A DNA stretch of 64,000 nt from positions 96,001 to 160,000 of the forward strand of contig CAXWPH010000002.1 of assembly GCA_963666055.2 (NCBI GenBank), given 5' to 3'. The translations under genes and the position numbers were made by a program. Positions within the stretch are counted from its first letter, which is position 1. Each line of letters opens with the position of its first letter. Source of the stretch: Acidobacteriota bacterium (GTDB lineage Bacteria > Acidobacteriota > UBA890 > WLXD01). Shown piece after piece: positions 30,026 through 39,936 of the stretch. The notes under the pieces were generated by a model. It was not told the origin of the DNA. It was given only the letters and a program-made list of their open reading frames with translations, and ran no database searches.

Positions 30026-31765
30026 CTAACGAGCCGCCTGCTCTTTAATGATCCACTCGACCAGTTTCGCCACGGCCTTCGAAGTCGCGGCGTCCAGGGC
30101 ATCGAGGTCGTTGATGTCGTCGACACGGATGCGCTCGTCCGTCTCGGCGTCGCGCTGCGTGCTCCGTACCCTGAGGCGGAGATCCATTTCTCGGCGGGGC
30201 TCGTCCGCGAGCTCATGCAGCTCGATCCAGGCGGTGAAGTCGACCAAGGCCGGGTACCGCGCCAGCGCGATCGTGCGTTGTCGCTCCAGGTGTCGCGCGA
30301 TGCGACGGTGCACGCTCCGCAGCGCCAGCTGAGCCGCGAGGTCGGGCACCATCGGCTTGAGAAACTCGATCACTGGCCCCTCGTTCAGGGCAACGAGTCC
30401 CTCGGGCGGGCCCGACACGCGGCGTAGCCGGTCGATGATCTCCTCGGCGGGCACCCCTGCGCGCCGCGCCCGGATGGCGTGATTCCAGGCGGCCGGGTAG
30501 TCCAACAGCCGGTACGCGACTTGGGCGATGCGCGCGTGCAGCTCACCGGAGCCTGGGGTCAGATCAAGCGCCTGCTCGTAGGCCAGGCGCGCCCCTGACC
30601 ACAGGCCGGCACCCTCGAGCACCCGGCCGCGACCCAGGTGCGCGGAGCTCAGCTGCGGATCGATGGCGGCGGCCGCCCGGAACATCGACAGGGCGGCCGT
30701 CGGGTCATCCGCCAGCAGGCGCGACGCCTGCCGTAGCGCCGACCGCGCGCCGGCATAGTCCACCGCCGTGCGGAAGACGCCGGGCTGCACCAACGGATCG
30801 GCACCGGCAACCTTGACCGCCACGCTATGCCAACCTTCCTGTACCGGCGTGGGACCGCGGTAGGCGAGCACGTAGTAGCCGCGCACCAGCGCCAGCACTT
30901 TGTCGTAGCCGTCGCGTATGTCACGTTGCATGACCAACTGCCCGCCGGAGACGCGCGCCAGCTCTCCGAGTTGTTGCTGTAGCTGCTCGATGTAGAAGCG
31001 CTCACGCCGGTAGCTGGCGAAATCCCGTAGAAAGCTGGGCGCCGAGCGGCGGCCGGCCGCCAATCCGACGGCGACCGCGAAGATCGGTGTCTCGGCCTGA
31101 TGCGTTGCCAGCAGAACGTCGGCGTATTGTGCGTTGCCACCGGTGTCTTCGCCGTCGGAGAGCAGCATGATCGCGGCACGTCGGCCAAGGGCCTCGGACG
31201 CCGACAGCGGCTCGGTGCAGCTGGCGTGGCCGGTGGCCGCATCGAGGGGCTCTTCATCTTCGGGCCGCCGCCTCTGCAGACCGCGGTAGGCGGCCTGAAT
31301 GGCATCGTAGAGGCGTGTCTCCGAACCGTAGGGAATGGCGTCGACGATACGTCTCAGCAACGCATCCCGAGGCGATCCCCATCGGCCGGGCCCTACCGCC
31401 GAATGGAACGGCATGAGCAGGACACAGTCGTCGGGCGCCAGGGCGTCGAGAAGCGAGTGAATCGCCTCGCGAGGTCTCGGGTCCGGCCATTCCTGCTCGA
31501 CGCTCGCGCTGAAGTCCAACACCAGCGCCAGGTCCAAGGGTGCGTTGCTGGGTGCGAGCACCAACTGAATTTCCTGCTCGATGCCGTCTTCGAAAAGCGC
31601 AAAGTCGTCGACCCCGAGACCGGTGACGGGCTCACCGTCGTCATCGAGTACCGCCACCTTGATGCGCGTCAGGTAGACAGCGGTGCGGTAGCTGTGCTGG
31701 TCCTGCGCGTCGAGCCGACCGCAGACCATCGCCACCAATGCCAGCAGCGCGAGCGTACGAACCAT
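30026..31765 (-). CDS. VWA domain protein (Acidobacteria-type) with TPR region
   Basis: VAVLDDDGEPVTGL..DDFALFEDG, LVLDFSASV (MIDAS), TRLYDAI, LLSDGED, YVLAY, then TPR-like helices. Confidence 0.88.
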   Translation of the reverse strand: MVRTLALLALVAMVCGRLDAQDQHSYRTAVYLTRIKVAVLDDDGEPVTGLGVDDFALFEDGIEQEIQLVLAPSNAPLDLALVLDFSASVEQEWPDPRPREAIHSLLDALAPDDCVLLMPFHSAVGPGRWGSPRDALLRRIVDAIPYGSETRLYDAIQAAYRGLQRRRPEDEEPLDAATGHASCTEPLSASEALGRRAAIMLLSDGEDTGGNAQYADVLLATHQAETPIFAVAVGLAAGRRSAPSFLRDFASYRRERFYIEQLQQQLGELARVSGGQLVMQRDIRDGYDKVLALVRGYYVLAYRGPTPVQEGWHSVAVKVAGADPLVQPGVFRTAVDYAGARSALRQASRLLADDPTAALSMFRAAAAIDPQLSSAHLGRGRVLEGAGLWSGARLAYEQALDLTPGSGELHARIAQVAYRLLDYPAAWNHAIRARRAGVPAEEIIDRLRRVSGPPEGLVALNEGPVIEFLKPMVPDLAAQLALRSVHRRIARHLERQRTIALARYPALVDFTAWIELHELADEPRREMDLRLRVRSTQRDAETDERIRVDDINDLDALDAATSKAVAKLVEWIIKEQAAR

Positions 31766-32060
31766 CGAACCTAGCAGGCCGTCCTATTCCTGTTTTCCCG
31801 GTACCCGAGGCGGCACGGGGAGTCGCCGGCAAGTTGCCGAGCATAGTAGCGAGCTGCGCAAAGGTACCGTCGAACCTGCTTGTCTTCCACAGGCAGCCGG
31901 CGGTCTCCCGACTCGGAAGGTGCCCGATCTCGGCGTACGACCAGGACGTCTGTCGTCCTGTGTTCGCCAAGCGCTGACTTCGACTCCGGCTTCCGACGTA
32001 GCGATGTCCAGAGGAAGTTCTGAACCTGATTAGAAGACTAACTCAATTTAATGATAGTTT

Positions 32061-32089
32061 TTGACGTTTAAATCAATGCTAAATATATT
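32061..32089 (+). promoter_or_regulatory. Sigma70-type promoter in an AT-rich island
   Basis: TTGACG (32061-66), 17-nt spacer, TATATT (32084-89); a further TATAAT at 32120-25. Confidence 0.6.
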
Positions 32090-32144
32090 TTAGATAGCTT
32101 CTAACGACTTTTAAGGAGTTATAATAGGTAAATGAGGGTGGCCG

Positions 32145-32606
32145 ATGATCAACAAGCGGCCTGGAGGAGCGTCTTTCGCGTGGGGCACACGGTCGAGCAC
32201 CGCGCCCCTTGGGCGCGGCTGTGCAAGCTCGGCCACCCCTGTCCGACAACTGCGGACGACGCTGGTGTTGGTCGTTGCGGCTGTGGCGTGGTCTTGGCTA
32301 CTTTCTCGAAAGGCACCAGGAGCCAGTAGTGCCAACCGCCGAGACTACGGCGAGTTCTTGCAGGAAATGCTGGCGTTCCACTCCGCGGACATGGCGCTTG
32401 CCTTCGGCGGAGGCGGGCTGAACCGGGTGCCGGTGGTCAGCGTTGGCTCGTGGAATGAAGAATGGGAAGGGCATGCAGTGATGCCGTCCCGGTTCAATTC
32501 CACACTTTCGCCGCGCACGCAGCAGGGATTCGACTACGTGCTGGCGATCAAGCAGGCCTTCGGCTGGAACCACTACGCCGAGAAGAGCGCGCAACTGTCG
32601 TACTAG
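32145..32606 (+). pseudogene. Internally deleted GH99-like glycoside hydrolase remnant
   Basis: Hydrophobic N-terminal segment joined to a C-terminal SVGSWNEEWEGHAVMP motif resembling [14 protein letters not shown] of the 14658-16109 protein; only 153 aa. Confidence 0.55.
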
Positions 32607-32620
32607 TGGCCGGCCACTAG
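32603..32620. repeat. Minimal family B MITE footprint (perfect 18-bp palindrome)
   Basis: CTAGTGGCCGGCCACTAG equals the outermost 9 bp of both family B TIRs joined directly. Confidence 0.65.
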
Positions 32621-32785
32621 AAGGTTGGCGCTCGGCCAATCTCGCGTTTCGATCCTGTGCCGCATCTCGCTTGCGTATCCTTACGGCGCGACGACGCGGC
32701 AGAGTAGGCTTGGCGCGGCTGGGGCCATCTGACGGCCATGCGACCGGCACAGCGTCGGCCGCCGGTCCGCTCCGAGGAGACAGTG

Positions 32786-34201
32786 GTGAGCGCGCAACTG
32801 GGCCTGTTGATCGGCTACTCGGCGGCGCTGATCTGCATCGGCGTGTGGGTTGGTCGGCGGGTCGATAGCGCCCGGCAGTTCTTCGTTGCCGGACGCCAGC
32901 TCGGGCCGTTTCTGCTGTTCTCGACCATCCTGGCGGCCAACATCGGGGCCGGTACCACGATGGGTGCCGCCAGCCTCGGATACCGTGACGGCATCAGCGC
33001 CTGGTGGTGGGTCGGCTCGGCCGGACTGGGCACGTTGCTGCTGGCATACTCGATCGGCCCCATCATCTGGCGACATGCACGCGAGCACGACCTGCGCACC
33101 GTGGGCGACTGGCTGGAGTGGCGCTATGGATCCGGCGTGCGAGGTGTTACAGCTGCCCTTCTTTGGGTTGCCAGCCTGACGGCGTTGTCGGCTCAGTTGG
33201 TGGCGGTGGCGTTCGTGCTCAATGTTGTCGCCGGCGTTCCGGCAGCCTTCGGCTGTGTGCTCGGTGGCTTGGTGGTGACCGTTTACTTCACCGCCGGCGG
33301 CCTGGTGACCTCGGCGTGGGTAAACATGGTGCAGCTCGCGGTCTTGCTGACCGGCTTCGCGCTGGCGCTGCCGATCGCGATGGCCGCGGCCGGTGGGTGG
33401 CAGTCGATCGTCGAGGCCGCGCCGGCCGGTAGCACCGACTTCTTCAGCTGGACGCATGGGGGAGCATCTGGATGGCACTACATGGCGTTGCTGATTCCTG
33501 CGTTCATGGTTTCGCCGGGGCTGCTGCAGAAAGTGTATGGAGCGCGCAGCGCGCGTACAGTTCGACTCGGCGTTGGGGCAAGCGCCTTGGGACTGTTGCT
33601 GTTCGCAGCCGTTCCGCCGCTGCTCGGTATGTTGGCACGCGTCTACGATCCGACCCTGACCGGCGATGCGATCAACCGGGCATTACCCGTGGTGTTGACG
33701 GTGGGGTTGCCGCTGGCGATCGGCACCCTCGGGCTGGCGGCCGTTTTCTCTGCCGAGGTGAGCTCGGCGGATGCCGTGCTCTTCATGCTTTCCACCTCGT
33801 TGTCCGAGGATCTCTATCGCAGGTACCTGGCGCCGGATGCTGGCGATCGCCAGGTGTTGAAGATGGCGCGTCTCGGCGCCGCCGCAGGCGGGGTGCTCGC
33901 CACGATGCTGGCCATCGCGCTGGGTTCGGTGATCGAATCCATCACCATTTTTTACTCGTTGCTGTCGATGAGCCTGTTTGTTCCGATTGTTGGCGGGGTG
34001 TACTGGGCGCGGGCGGGCAGCCGCGATGCGATTGCGGCTATCGTCGTGGGTGTGGGGGTCTTCGTGGTGGCCCGATACATTGCCGACATTCCAACCACCG
34101 GTTTGTGGAATCCCAACTTTGTCGGGCTGCTAGCATCCGCCCTGGCATTCGCGGTCTCGGGATGGCTAACATCCGACCGCCGGTCGCGGGCGACCACCTG
34201 A
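32786..34201 (+). CDS. Sodium:solute symporter family protein
   Basis: FFVAGRQLG, AANIGAGTTMG, YFTAGGL, AAVFSAEVSSAD; many TM helices; GAGGAG RBS. Confidence 0.92.
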   Translation: MSAQLGLLIGYSAALICIGVWVGRRVDSARQFFVAGRQLGPFLLFSTILAANIGAGTTMGAASLGYRDGISAWWWVGSAGLGTLLLAYSIGPIIWRHAREHDLRTVGDWLEWRYGSGVRGVTAALLWVASLTALSAQLVAVAFVLNVVAGVPAAFGCVLGGLVVTVYFTAGGLVTSAWVNMVQLAVLLTGFALALPIAMAAAGGWQSIVEAAPAGSTDFFSWTHGGASGWHYMALLIPAFMVSPGLLQKVYGARSARTVRLGVGASALGLLLFAAVPPLLGMLARVYDPTLTGDAINRALPVVLTVGLPLAIGTLGLAAVFSAEVSSADAVLFMLSTSLSEDLYRRYLAPDAGDRQVLKMARLGAAAGGVLATMLAIALGSVIESITIFYSLLSMSLFVPIVGGVYWARAGSRDAIAAIVVGVGVFVVARYIADIPTTGLWNPNFVGLLASALAFAVSGWLTSDRRSRATT

Positions 34202-34212
34202 GGAGGAGCTAG

Positions 34213-35733
34213 ATGTTCGATCGTAGGTACTTCGTGGGCTTGTTCGCGGGTACTGCTTTTGCCGGCACTCGGCTGCCCGCGACGCTCTGGGAGGCGGTGC
34301 AAGACGAACCCGAATCGCCGATCACCGTCGGCATGATCGAGGGCGCGGAGCAGATCGCCGGCCTGGAGATGACGCCGGACGAGCGCGAGATGATGCGTTC
34401 CGGCCTGGGTCGCCACCTCGAGTCGTACCGCGCGCTGCGTGGCATCGAGATTCCCAATGCGGTGCCCCCCGCCCTTGGCTTCGAGCCCGACATGCCAGGT
34501 GTGGGTGCAACCCTGCCGGAGGGACCGGATCGCGTGCGTCCGACACGCCTGCAGCGGATGGCGCGGCCGGCCGATAGCGACGAGCTGGCGTTCATGCCGG
34601 TCACCCGGCTGGCGCGCTTGTTGCGCAGCCGACAGGTCAGCTCTGTCGAGCTGACGGAACTCTACTTGGAGCGCTTACAGCGCTACGACCCGGCGCTGTT
34701 GTTCACCGTCAGCCTCACCGCCGAGCGCGCCCAGCGACAGGCCCGAGTCGCTGATCGCGAGATCGCCGCGGGCAACTACCGCGGGCCGTTACACGGGATT
34801 CCCTGGGGCGCCAAGGATCTGTTGGCGGTGAAGGGGTATCCGACCACCTGGGGGGCGGCTCCGTACCGCGAGCAGGCGATGTCCGAGGACGCCAGCGTCG
34901 TGCGCCGACTCGACGAGGCCGGCGCCGTGCTGGTTGCCAAGCTGACCCTGGGGGCGCTGGCGATGGGCGATTACTGGTTCGGTGGCCGCACCCGGAACCC
35001 ATGGAATCCGGAAGAGGGCTCCAGCGGGTCATCAGCTGGCCCCGGTTCGGCGACGGCAGCCGGCTGCGTCGGATTCGGAATCGGTACCGAGACGCGCGGC
35101 AGCATCGTATCGCCGAGCACGCGCAACGGCGTGTCGGGACTCCGACCCACGTTCGGTCGCGTCAGCCGCGCCGGCGCCATGGCGCTGTCGTGGAGCATGG
35201 ACAAGATCGGCCCGATGTGCCGTAGCGTCGAGGACTGTGTCTTGGTCTTCGCAGCGATCCACGGGGCCGATGGGATTGACCCGAGTGCCCGCGACGTGCC
35301 GTTCTCCTGGGACGCGCGTCGTGACGTGCACGGCCTTCGGATCGGGTACCTGGAGGCGGCCTTCGAGGACGACGAAGACTACGCGAATCGCGCCTTCGAT
35401 CTAGAAACGTTGCGGGTTCTTCGAGAGGATCTCGGAGTGCACATGGAGCCGGTGCAGATGCCCGACTTCCCGGTCGAGGCAATCGGCTTCGTGCTCATGG
35501 CCGAGGCTGCTGCGGCATTCGACGACCTCACACGCAGCGGGCGGGACGATGAGCTGACGCGGCAAACGCGCGGCTCGTGGCCGAACTCGTTTCGCACCGC
35601 CCGGCTGATTCCGGCCGTTGAGTACACGCACGTGGCCGATGAGGCGGGCATCGACCTGCACGAACACCCCAACGTCGAGTCGTGGCTTGCCCGGGTCGCC
35701 GCGCAGCCAGGACACGTGACGATCGATGCCTGA
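34213..35733 (+). CDS. Amidase (amidase-signature family) whose C-terminus is replaced by a glutathione S-transferase C-terminal fragment
   Basis: GPLHGIPWGAKD, GSSGSSAG, IGTETRGSI; after IPAVEY the sequence switches to THVADEAGIDLHEHPNVESWLARVAAQPGHVTI, a GST-like tail. Confidence 0.8.
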   Translation: MFDRRYFVGLFAGTAFAGTRLPATLWEAVQDEPESPITVGMIEGAEQIAGLEMTPDEREMMRSGLGRHLESYRALRGIEIPNAVPPALGFEPDMPGVGATLPEGPDRVRPTRLQRMARPADSDELAFMPVTRLARLLRSRQVSSVELTELYLERLQRYDPALLFTVSLTAERAQRQARVADREIAAGNYRGPLHGIPWGAKDLLAVKGYPTTWGAAPYREQAMSEDASVVRRLDEAGAVLVAKLTLGALAMGDYWFGGRTRNPWNPEEGSSGSSAGPGSATAAGCVGFGIGTETRGSIVSPSTRNGVSGLRPTFGRVSRAGAMALSWSMDKIGPMCRSVEDCVLVFAAIHGADGIDPSARDVPFSWDARRDVHGLRIGYLEAAFEDDEDYANRAFDLETLRVLREDLGVHMEPVQMPDFPVEAIGFVLMAEAAAAFDDLTRSGRDDELTRQTRGSWPNSFRTARLIPAVEYTHVADEAGIDLHEHPNVESWLARVAAQPGHVTIDA

Positions 35734-35875
35734 CGGCGCGTCCACCTGCGCTTGGACGACCGCAGCCATCGGACTGGCTGTCGGGCGCCCGGTCGGGGGC
35801 AACCCGGACCCGCACTCGGCGGACCGCCGTCATGCGCTGGTGACTGCGGAGACGTTCGGTTGGCTAAGGCCTCGG

Positions 35876-38569
35876 TCAGCTTTTCAGTGCGTCGACCGGG
35901 TCGACCCGCGTAGCGCGTAGCGCCGGAGAAAGACAGGCTGCGGTCGCCACGGCGAGCAGAGTGAGCGCTACGGTCAGGACCGTCACCGGGTCGCCCGGAG
36001 CGACGCCGTAGAGCAGGCCGGCGAGCAGCCTCGATACGGCAAGACTGGCCACGGTGCCAAAGACGACCCCGAGTGCCGTCAGCCGGAGGCCGCCGCCGAT
36101 TACCAGCGTCAGCACGTCTCTGCGGTCGGCGCCCAGGGCCATGCGCACACCCATCTCCTGGGTACGCCGTGACACCGTGTACGTCAACACGGCGTAGATT
36201 CCGGCGGTTCCCAGAATCAACGCCAGGCCGGCGAAGATCGTCAACAGTTGCATGGCGAAGCGCGATTGCCACATCAAGTTGCCGAGCCGCTGCTGCAGCG
36301 TTTCTATGCTGTAAACGTTCATGCGCCTGCCGAGCGACCAGATTGCCTGCTCGGCTGGCCGCAACATGCTCTCGGGAGCTTCGCGAGTTCGCGCCACCAG
36401 GTTCATGATCGGCAGCGGCAAATGCGCTGCGGACACGTACACCATGGGGGGAGGTGCGGGGTCGGTGCCGGCACCACGGACGTTGGCCACCAACCCGACG
36501 ATCTCCCATTCCATGTCAGGAAAGCGACGTAGCGTCGCTGCGGTTCCGCTCAACTCGGGGACTATGCGTTCTCCGATAGGGTCCCGGTCGCCGAAATATC
36601 GCCGCGCGAACTCCGCGTTGACCACCAGTACTGGCGCCGCCTCGACGGTGTCGAATTGGTCGATCGTGCGGCCGCTGAGCAGGGCGATTCCCATGGTCTC
36701 GAAGTAGCCGCGCATTACGATACGCGCCACGACGTTGGGGTTGCGCGCCGCGTCGGGTGCCTCGCCTGGCCGGTGGAACCGAATCGGGGCATTGGCGAAC
36801 TCGGGCGGCACAAAGCTCACGGCGCTCGCAGATTCGATGCCCGGCAACTGCTCCAACGCAGCTGCGGCCTGCTCGAAATGCGATATCCAGGCTGCCGGGT
36901 CGGGTCCAATGCGCAGCGAGTTGCGAAGCGTGATGAGCTGGTCAGCGTCGTAACCGAGCTCCACATTCTGCAGGTTGCGGAAGCTCTGAAGAAGCAAGCT
37001 GGCTCCCACCAATAGCACCACCGAGACGGCTGTTTCAGTGATCACCAAGAGACCGCGCAGCCGCCCTGCGCGTCCGCCGGTAGTGCTGCCCCGACTGCCG
37101 TCTTGGAGTGCCGAGGACAGCGTCTGGCGTCTGGCGACGCGCGCCGGGGCCAGTGCCGCGACAACTCCTGTTAGAACGCACAGCACGGCAGCAAACCCGA
37201 GCACCGTGCTATCGACTCGTACATGTTCGAGGAACGGCACGGCGGCGAGCCCGCCGATGGTCGTCGACCCGCCCGCGCCGGTGCCGGGAATTAGCCGCAG
37301 CAGGACCGGCAGCGTGGCGAACGCCACGAGCACGCCTACGCCACCGCCCAACGTGGCGAGCACCAACCCCTCGCTGACCATCTGTCGCAACAGCCGTCCG
37401 CGGCCGGCGCCCAGGGCGCTGCGCAGCGCCACCTCGCGTGATCGCTCGATGGCGTGCGCCAGGCCGAGGTTAGTGACATTGGCGCACGCGATGAGCAGAA
37501 CCAGGCCAACAGCCAGCAGCAAGAATCCGAAGGTCTGCCGGTAGGCGCCGACCGCATTATCCCGAACCGGTGTGACCTTGACGCCCCAGCCGCTGTTGGA
37601 CTCCGGGAACTCGACCTCGGCGTCGGCCGCGATCGCCGACATCTCCTGCTGCGCTCGAGCTACCGTCACGCCGGGCTTGAGGCGCGCGAAAACTGCGTTG
37701 TTGCGGGTCGTGCGGTCCTGCTCGCGGCCGACAAATGCGGTAGGCATCCACAGATCCGGTTGAACCGGTAACTGGTGCGTCGAGTAGAAGTCGGGGCGCA
37801 GGATACCGATCACGACGAAGGGCTCGTCATCCAGCACAACCGTCTTGCCGATGAGGGCCGGGTCCCCGCCTAAAGCCCGCTGCCAGATACCGTGACTGAC
37901 GATGACAACACCCGTGCCGGTCGCGTCACCCCGCTCGAACGTGCGTCCGAGGTATGGCTTGACCCCCAGCACGTCGAAGTAGTTTTCCGTAACCACATGC
38001 GTCAACGGCACGAGCGGCTCGTCGAGCTGCGTGAAGGCCACGCTGTTGTTGGACATGGCGGCCATGTCGGTGAACGACGAGGCGCGTGCCGTCCATGCCA
38101 AGAATTCGGCCGGGGGTGCTCCGGCAAAGGTCGTCAGTCCACGCCGGCTACCGTCGCCCCATAGAAGCATGAGGCGGTCGGGCTCCGCATACGGTAGGGG
38201 ATGGAACAGCACCCCATGGACGATGCTGAAGATGGCGGTGTTGGCGCCGATCCCGAGCGCCAAGGCGAAGACTGCTCCCGCGACGTAAGCAGGCCGACGC
38301 CACAGGGCACGCACGGCGTAGCGTAGATCCTGGGCGGCCCCGTCCACGAAGTTCGCCAAGGGTCGCTGGATGCCGCGGCGCAGTCCGAGGCGGATGGCGT
38401 CCTCGGCGGCGTTGAGGAGGCGTCGGGCGCGGAAACCGCGGCCGTGGCCCTCGGCGCGAGCCTGCGCCAGCTCGCCCTCCCACTCCGCATACCAGTCGTG
38501 CCGACGTGCACCGGGCACGACTCGGCGGAGGATTCGCAGTAGGTACGATCCAGTGCCCCGGCTAGACAC
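35876..38569 (-). CDS. ADOP-type duplicated ABC transporter permease (MacB/FtsX)
   Basis: QDLRYAVRAL, LALGIGANTAIFSIV, LLIACANV, REVALRSALGAGR, RRTQEMGVRMALGA, RATRVDPVDAL. Confidence 0.93.
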   Translation of the reverse strand: MSSRGTGSYLLRILRRVVPGARRHDWYAEWEGELAQARAEGHGRGFRARRLLNAAEDAIRLGLRRGIQRPLANFVDGAAQDLRYAVRALWRRPAYVAGAVFALALGIGANTAIFSIVHGVLFHPLPYAEPDRLMLLWGDGSRRGLTTFAGAPPAEFLAWTARASSFTDMAAMSNNSVAFTQLDEPLVPLTHVVTENYFDVLGVKPYLGRTFERGDATGTGVVIVSHGIWQRALGGDPALIGKTVVLDDEPFVVIGILRPDFYSTHQLPVQPDLWMPTAFVGREQDRTTRNNAVFARLKPGVTVARAQQEMSAIAADAEVEFPESNSGWGVKVTPVRDNAVGAYRQTFGFLLLAVGLVLLIACANVTNLGLAHAIERSREVALRSALGAGRGRLLRQMVSEGLVLATLGGGVGVLVAFATLPVLLRLIPGTGAGGSTTIGGLAAVPFLEHVRVDSTVLGFAAVLCVLTGVVAALAPARVARRQTLSSALQDGSRGSTTGGRAGRLRGLLVITETAVSVVLLVGASLLLQSFRNLQNVELGYDADQLITLRNSLRIGPDPAAWISHFEQAAAALEQLPGIESASAVSFVPPEFANAPIRFHRPGEAPDAARNPNVVARIVMRGYFETMGIALLSGRTIDQFDTVEAAPVLVVNAEFARRYFGDRDPIGERIVPELSGTAATLRRFPDMEWEIVGLVANVRGAGTDPAPPPMVYVSAAHLPLPIMNLVARTREAPESMLRPAEQAIWSLGRRMNVYSIETLQQRLGNLMWQSRFAMQLLTIFAGLALILGTAGIYAVLTYTVSRRTQEMGVRMALGADRRDVLTLVIGGGLRLTALGVVFGTVASLAVSRLLAGLLYGVAPGDPVTVLTVALTLLAVATAACLSPALRATRVDPVDALKS

Positions 38570-38864
38570 GCTGTTGCCCGCCCGTCGCGGCGAGATGCTG
38601 GGCAGGGTAGCGGTCTCGAGCCTGGGCGATAAGCGTCGTCGCGTGCCTGGTGAGCTCGTAGTACTTACGAGCCGGTCGGTTGCTCGAGCGTGCTACACGC
38701 ACCGCCTCCCAGCGCGATCGCAGCACGCCGGCCTCCTCGAGTCGTCGCAGCAGCGGATAGACGGTACCGCTACGCACGCCCACCACCTCGATAATCTCGA
38801 AACCGTATCGATAACCGGCGTCGAGCGCCTGCAACACCATGGCGGTCGCGTATGTCATGCGCAT
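38562..38864 (-). CDS. PadR family transcriptional regulator
   Basis: YGFEI, GTVYPLLRRLEEAG, RPARKYYELT. Confidence 0.92.
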   Translation of the reverse strand: MRMTYATAMVLQALDAGYRYGFEIIEVVGVRSGTVYPLLRRLEEAGVLRSRWEAVRVARSSNRPARKYYELTRHATTLIAQARDRYPAQHLAATGGQQRV

Positions 38865-38885
38865 GCCGGTGACCTCCCGTAGTTT

Positions 38886-38917
38886 ATCTATCTAAGTCTA
38901 AATCGATATAGATAGAT
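38886..38917. promoter_or_regulatory. Candidate PadR operator (AT-rich inverted repeat)
   Basis: ATCTATCTA-N14-TAGATAGAT immediately upstream of padR. Confidence 0.6.
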
Positions 38918-38947
38918 TTGCACGTCACCCGTGGCGTGAGATTCGGA

Positions 38948-39505
38948 TTACTCGAGGGTGCGGCCTTCGGCGAGGAGCGCGTCGACGTGTTCGAATAGGT
39001 CGTCGCCGCGGACGTCCAGCGCACGCACGCGACCGCGCCGGTCGAGCAGCAGATTGGTCGGCAACCGGTCGATGCCGAACTGCAGCGCGATGCTGTCCTG
39101 GTAGCCGCAGTCGGCGTGAATCTGCGGCCACGCGACACCATGCCGGCGTCGCCAGCTGGTGAGGTCGCGGCGGCTCATACGGTCGAGGCTTATTCCAAGC
39201 ACGCGGAAATCATCGCCGTATGTGGCGCGCGCCCGCTTCAGGTGTGGCAGCTCGCGCAAGCAGGGCGCACACCAGGTTGCCCAGAAGTCGACCAACGTGA
39301 TGCGCCCCTGGATGCGCTCGTAGGTCCAGGTACTGCCGTCCAAAGCCTGCGCGTCGAGGTTGATCAGAGCACGCACGAGCTGGGCCCGATCAACGGTCCG
39401 TTGAGCAGCGCGAGGCGCTGCCGCGACGGTCAAAGCAAACATCGCGATAACCAGACCGGTGAGACGGGTTCCAACCGGAAGGCTGCAACACCAGCAGGCG
39501 GCCAT
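38948..39505 (-). CDS. TlpA-family thioredoxin-like disulfide reductase (start uncertain)
   Basis: LVDFWATWCAPC, VLGISLD, LPTNLLLDRRG. Confidence 0.88.
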   Translation of the reverse strand: MAACWCCSLPVGTRLTGLVIAMFALTVAAAPRAAQRTVDRAQLVRALINLDAQALDGSTWTYERIQGRITLVDFWATWCAPCLRELPHLKRARATYGDDFRVLGISLDRMSRRDLTSWRRRHGVAWPQIHADCGYQDSIALQFGIDRLPTNLLLDRRGRVRALDVRGDDLFEHVDALLAEGRTLE

Positions 39506-39696
39506 TCAAGAGCGCCGGCTTGGAAACCGAGACATCCGCGGTCAGGAACGGCCGTAAGGTCTCATGCCCCTCAATCGGACCCAGGAGGGGCGCCCGACGA
39601 AGCCTTCGGAGGGCCCAACTCAGCGAACCTTGCGCCTCGATAGGGTTTCACCTGCAGTGCCCGACTTCTGGGGGCGTGCCGCGGTCGCGATCCGCG

Positions 39697-39936
39697 TCAG
39701 GTAACGTCCTTCAACTTGAGGCCGTTCTTCTTCAGGTAGCGCAGCAGGCCGTCGCGGTCGATGCTCTTGAGCGCCGTGGTCGACAGCTTCAGGCGTACCG
39801 ACCTTCCGAGCTCGGGTATCCACACTTTCTTGCGCGCCAGGTTGGGGCGGAACCACCGCTTGGTGCGGTTGTTCGCATGCGAGACATTGTTGCCCGAGCG
39901 GGGCCCCTTACCGGTAATCACACACCTTCTGGCCAT
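39697..39936 (-). CDS. rpmB: 50S ribosomal protein L28
   Basis: [33 protein letters not shown]... Confidence 0.97.
   Translation of the reverse strand: MARRCVITGKGPRSGNNVSHANNRTKRWFRPNLARKKVWIPELGRSVRLKLSTTALKSIDRDGLLRYLKKNGLKLKDVT

Noticed and set aside
39535-39565. GGTCAGG motif suggesting SRP RNA (ffs)
   Set aside because: It lacks the conserved CCG-GNRA-GG-AGCAGC helix 8 context.
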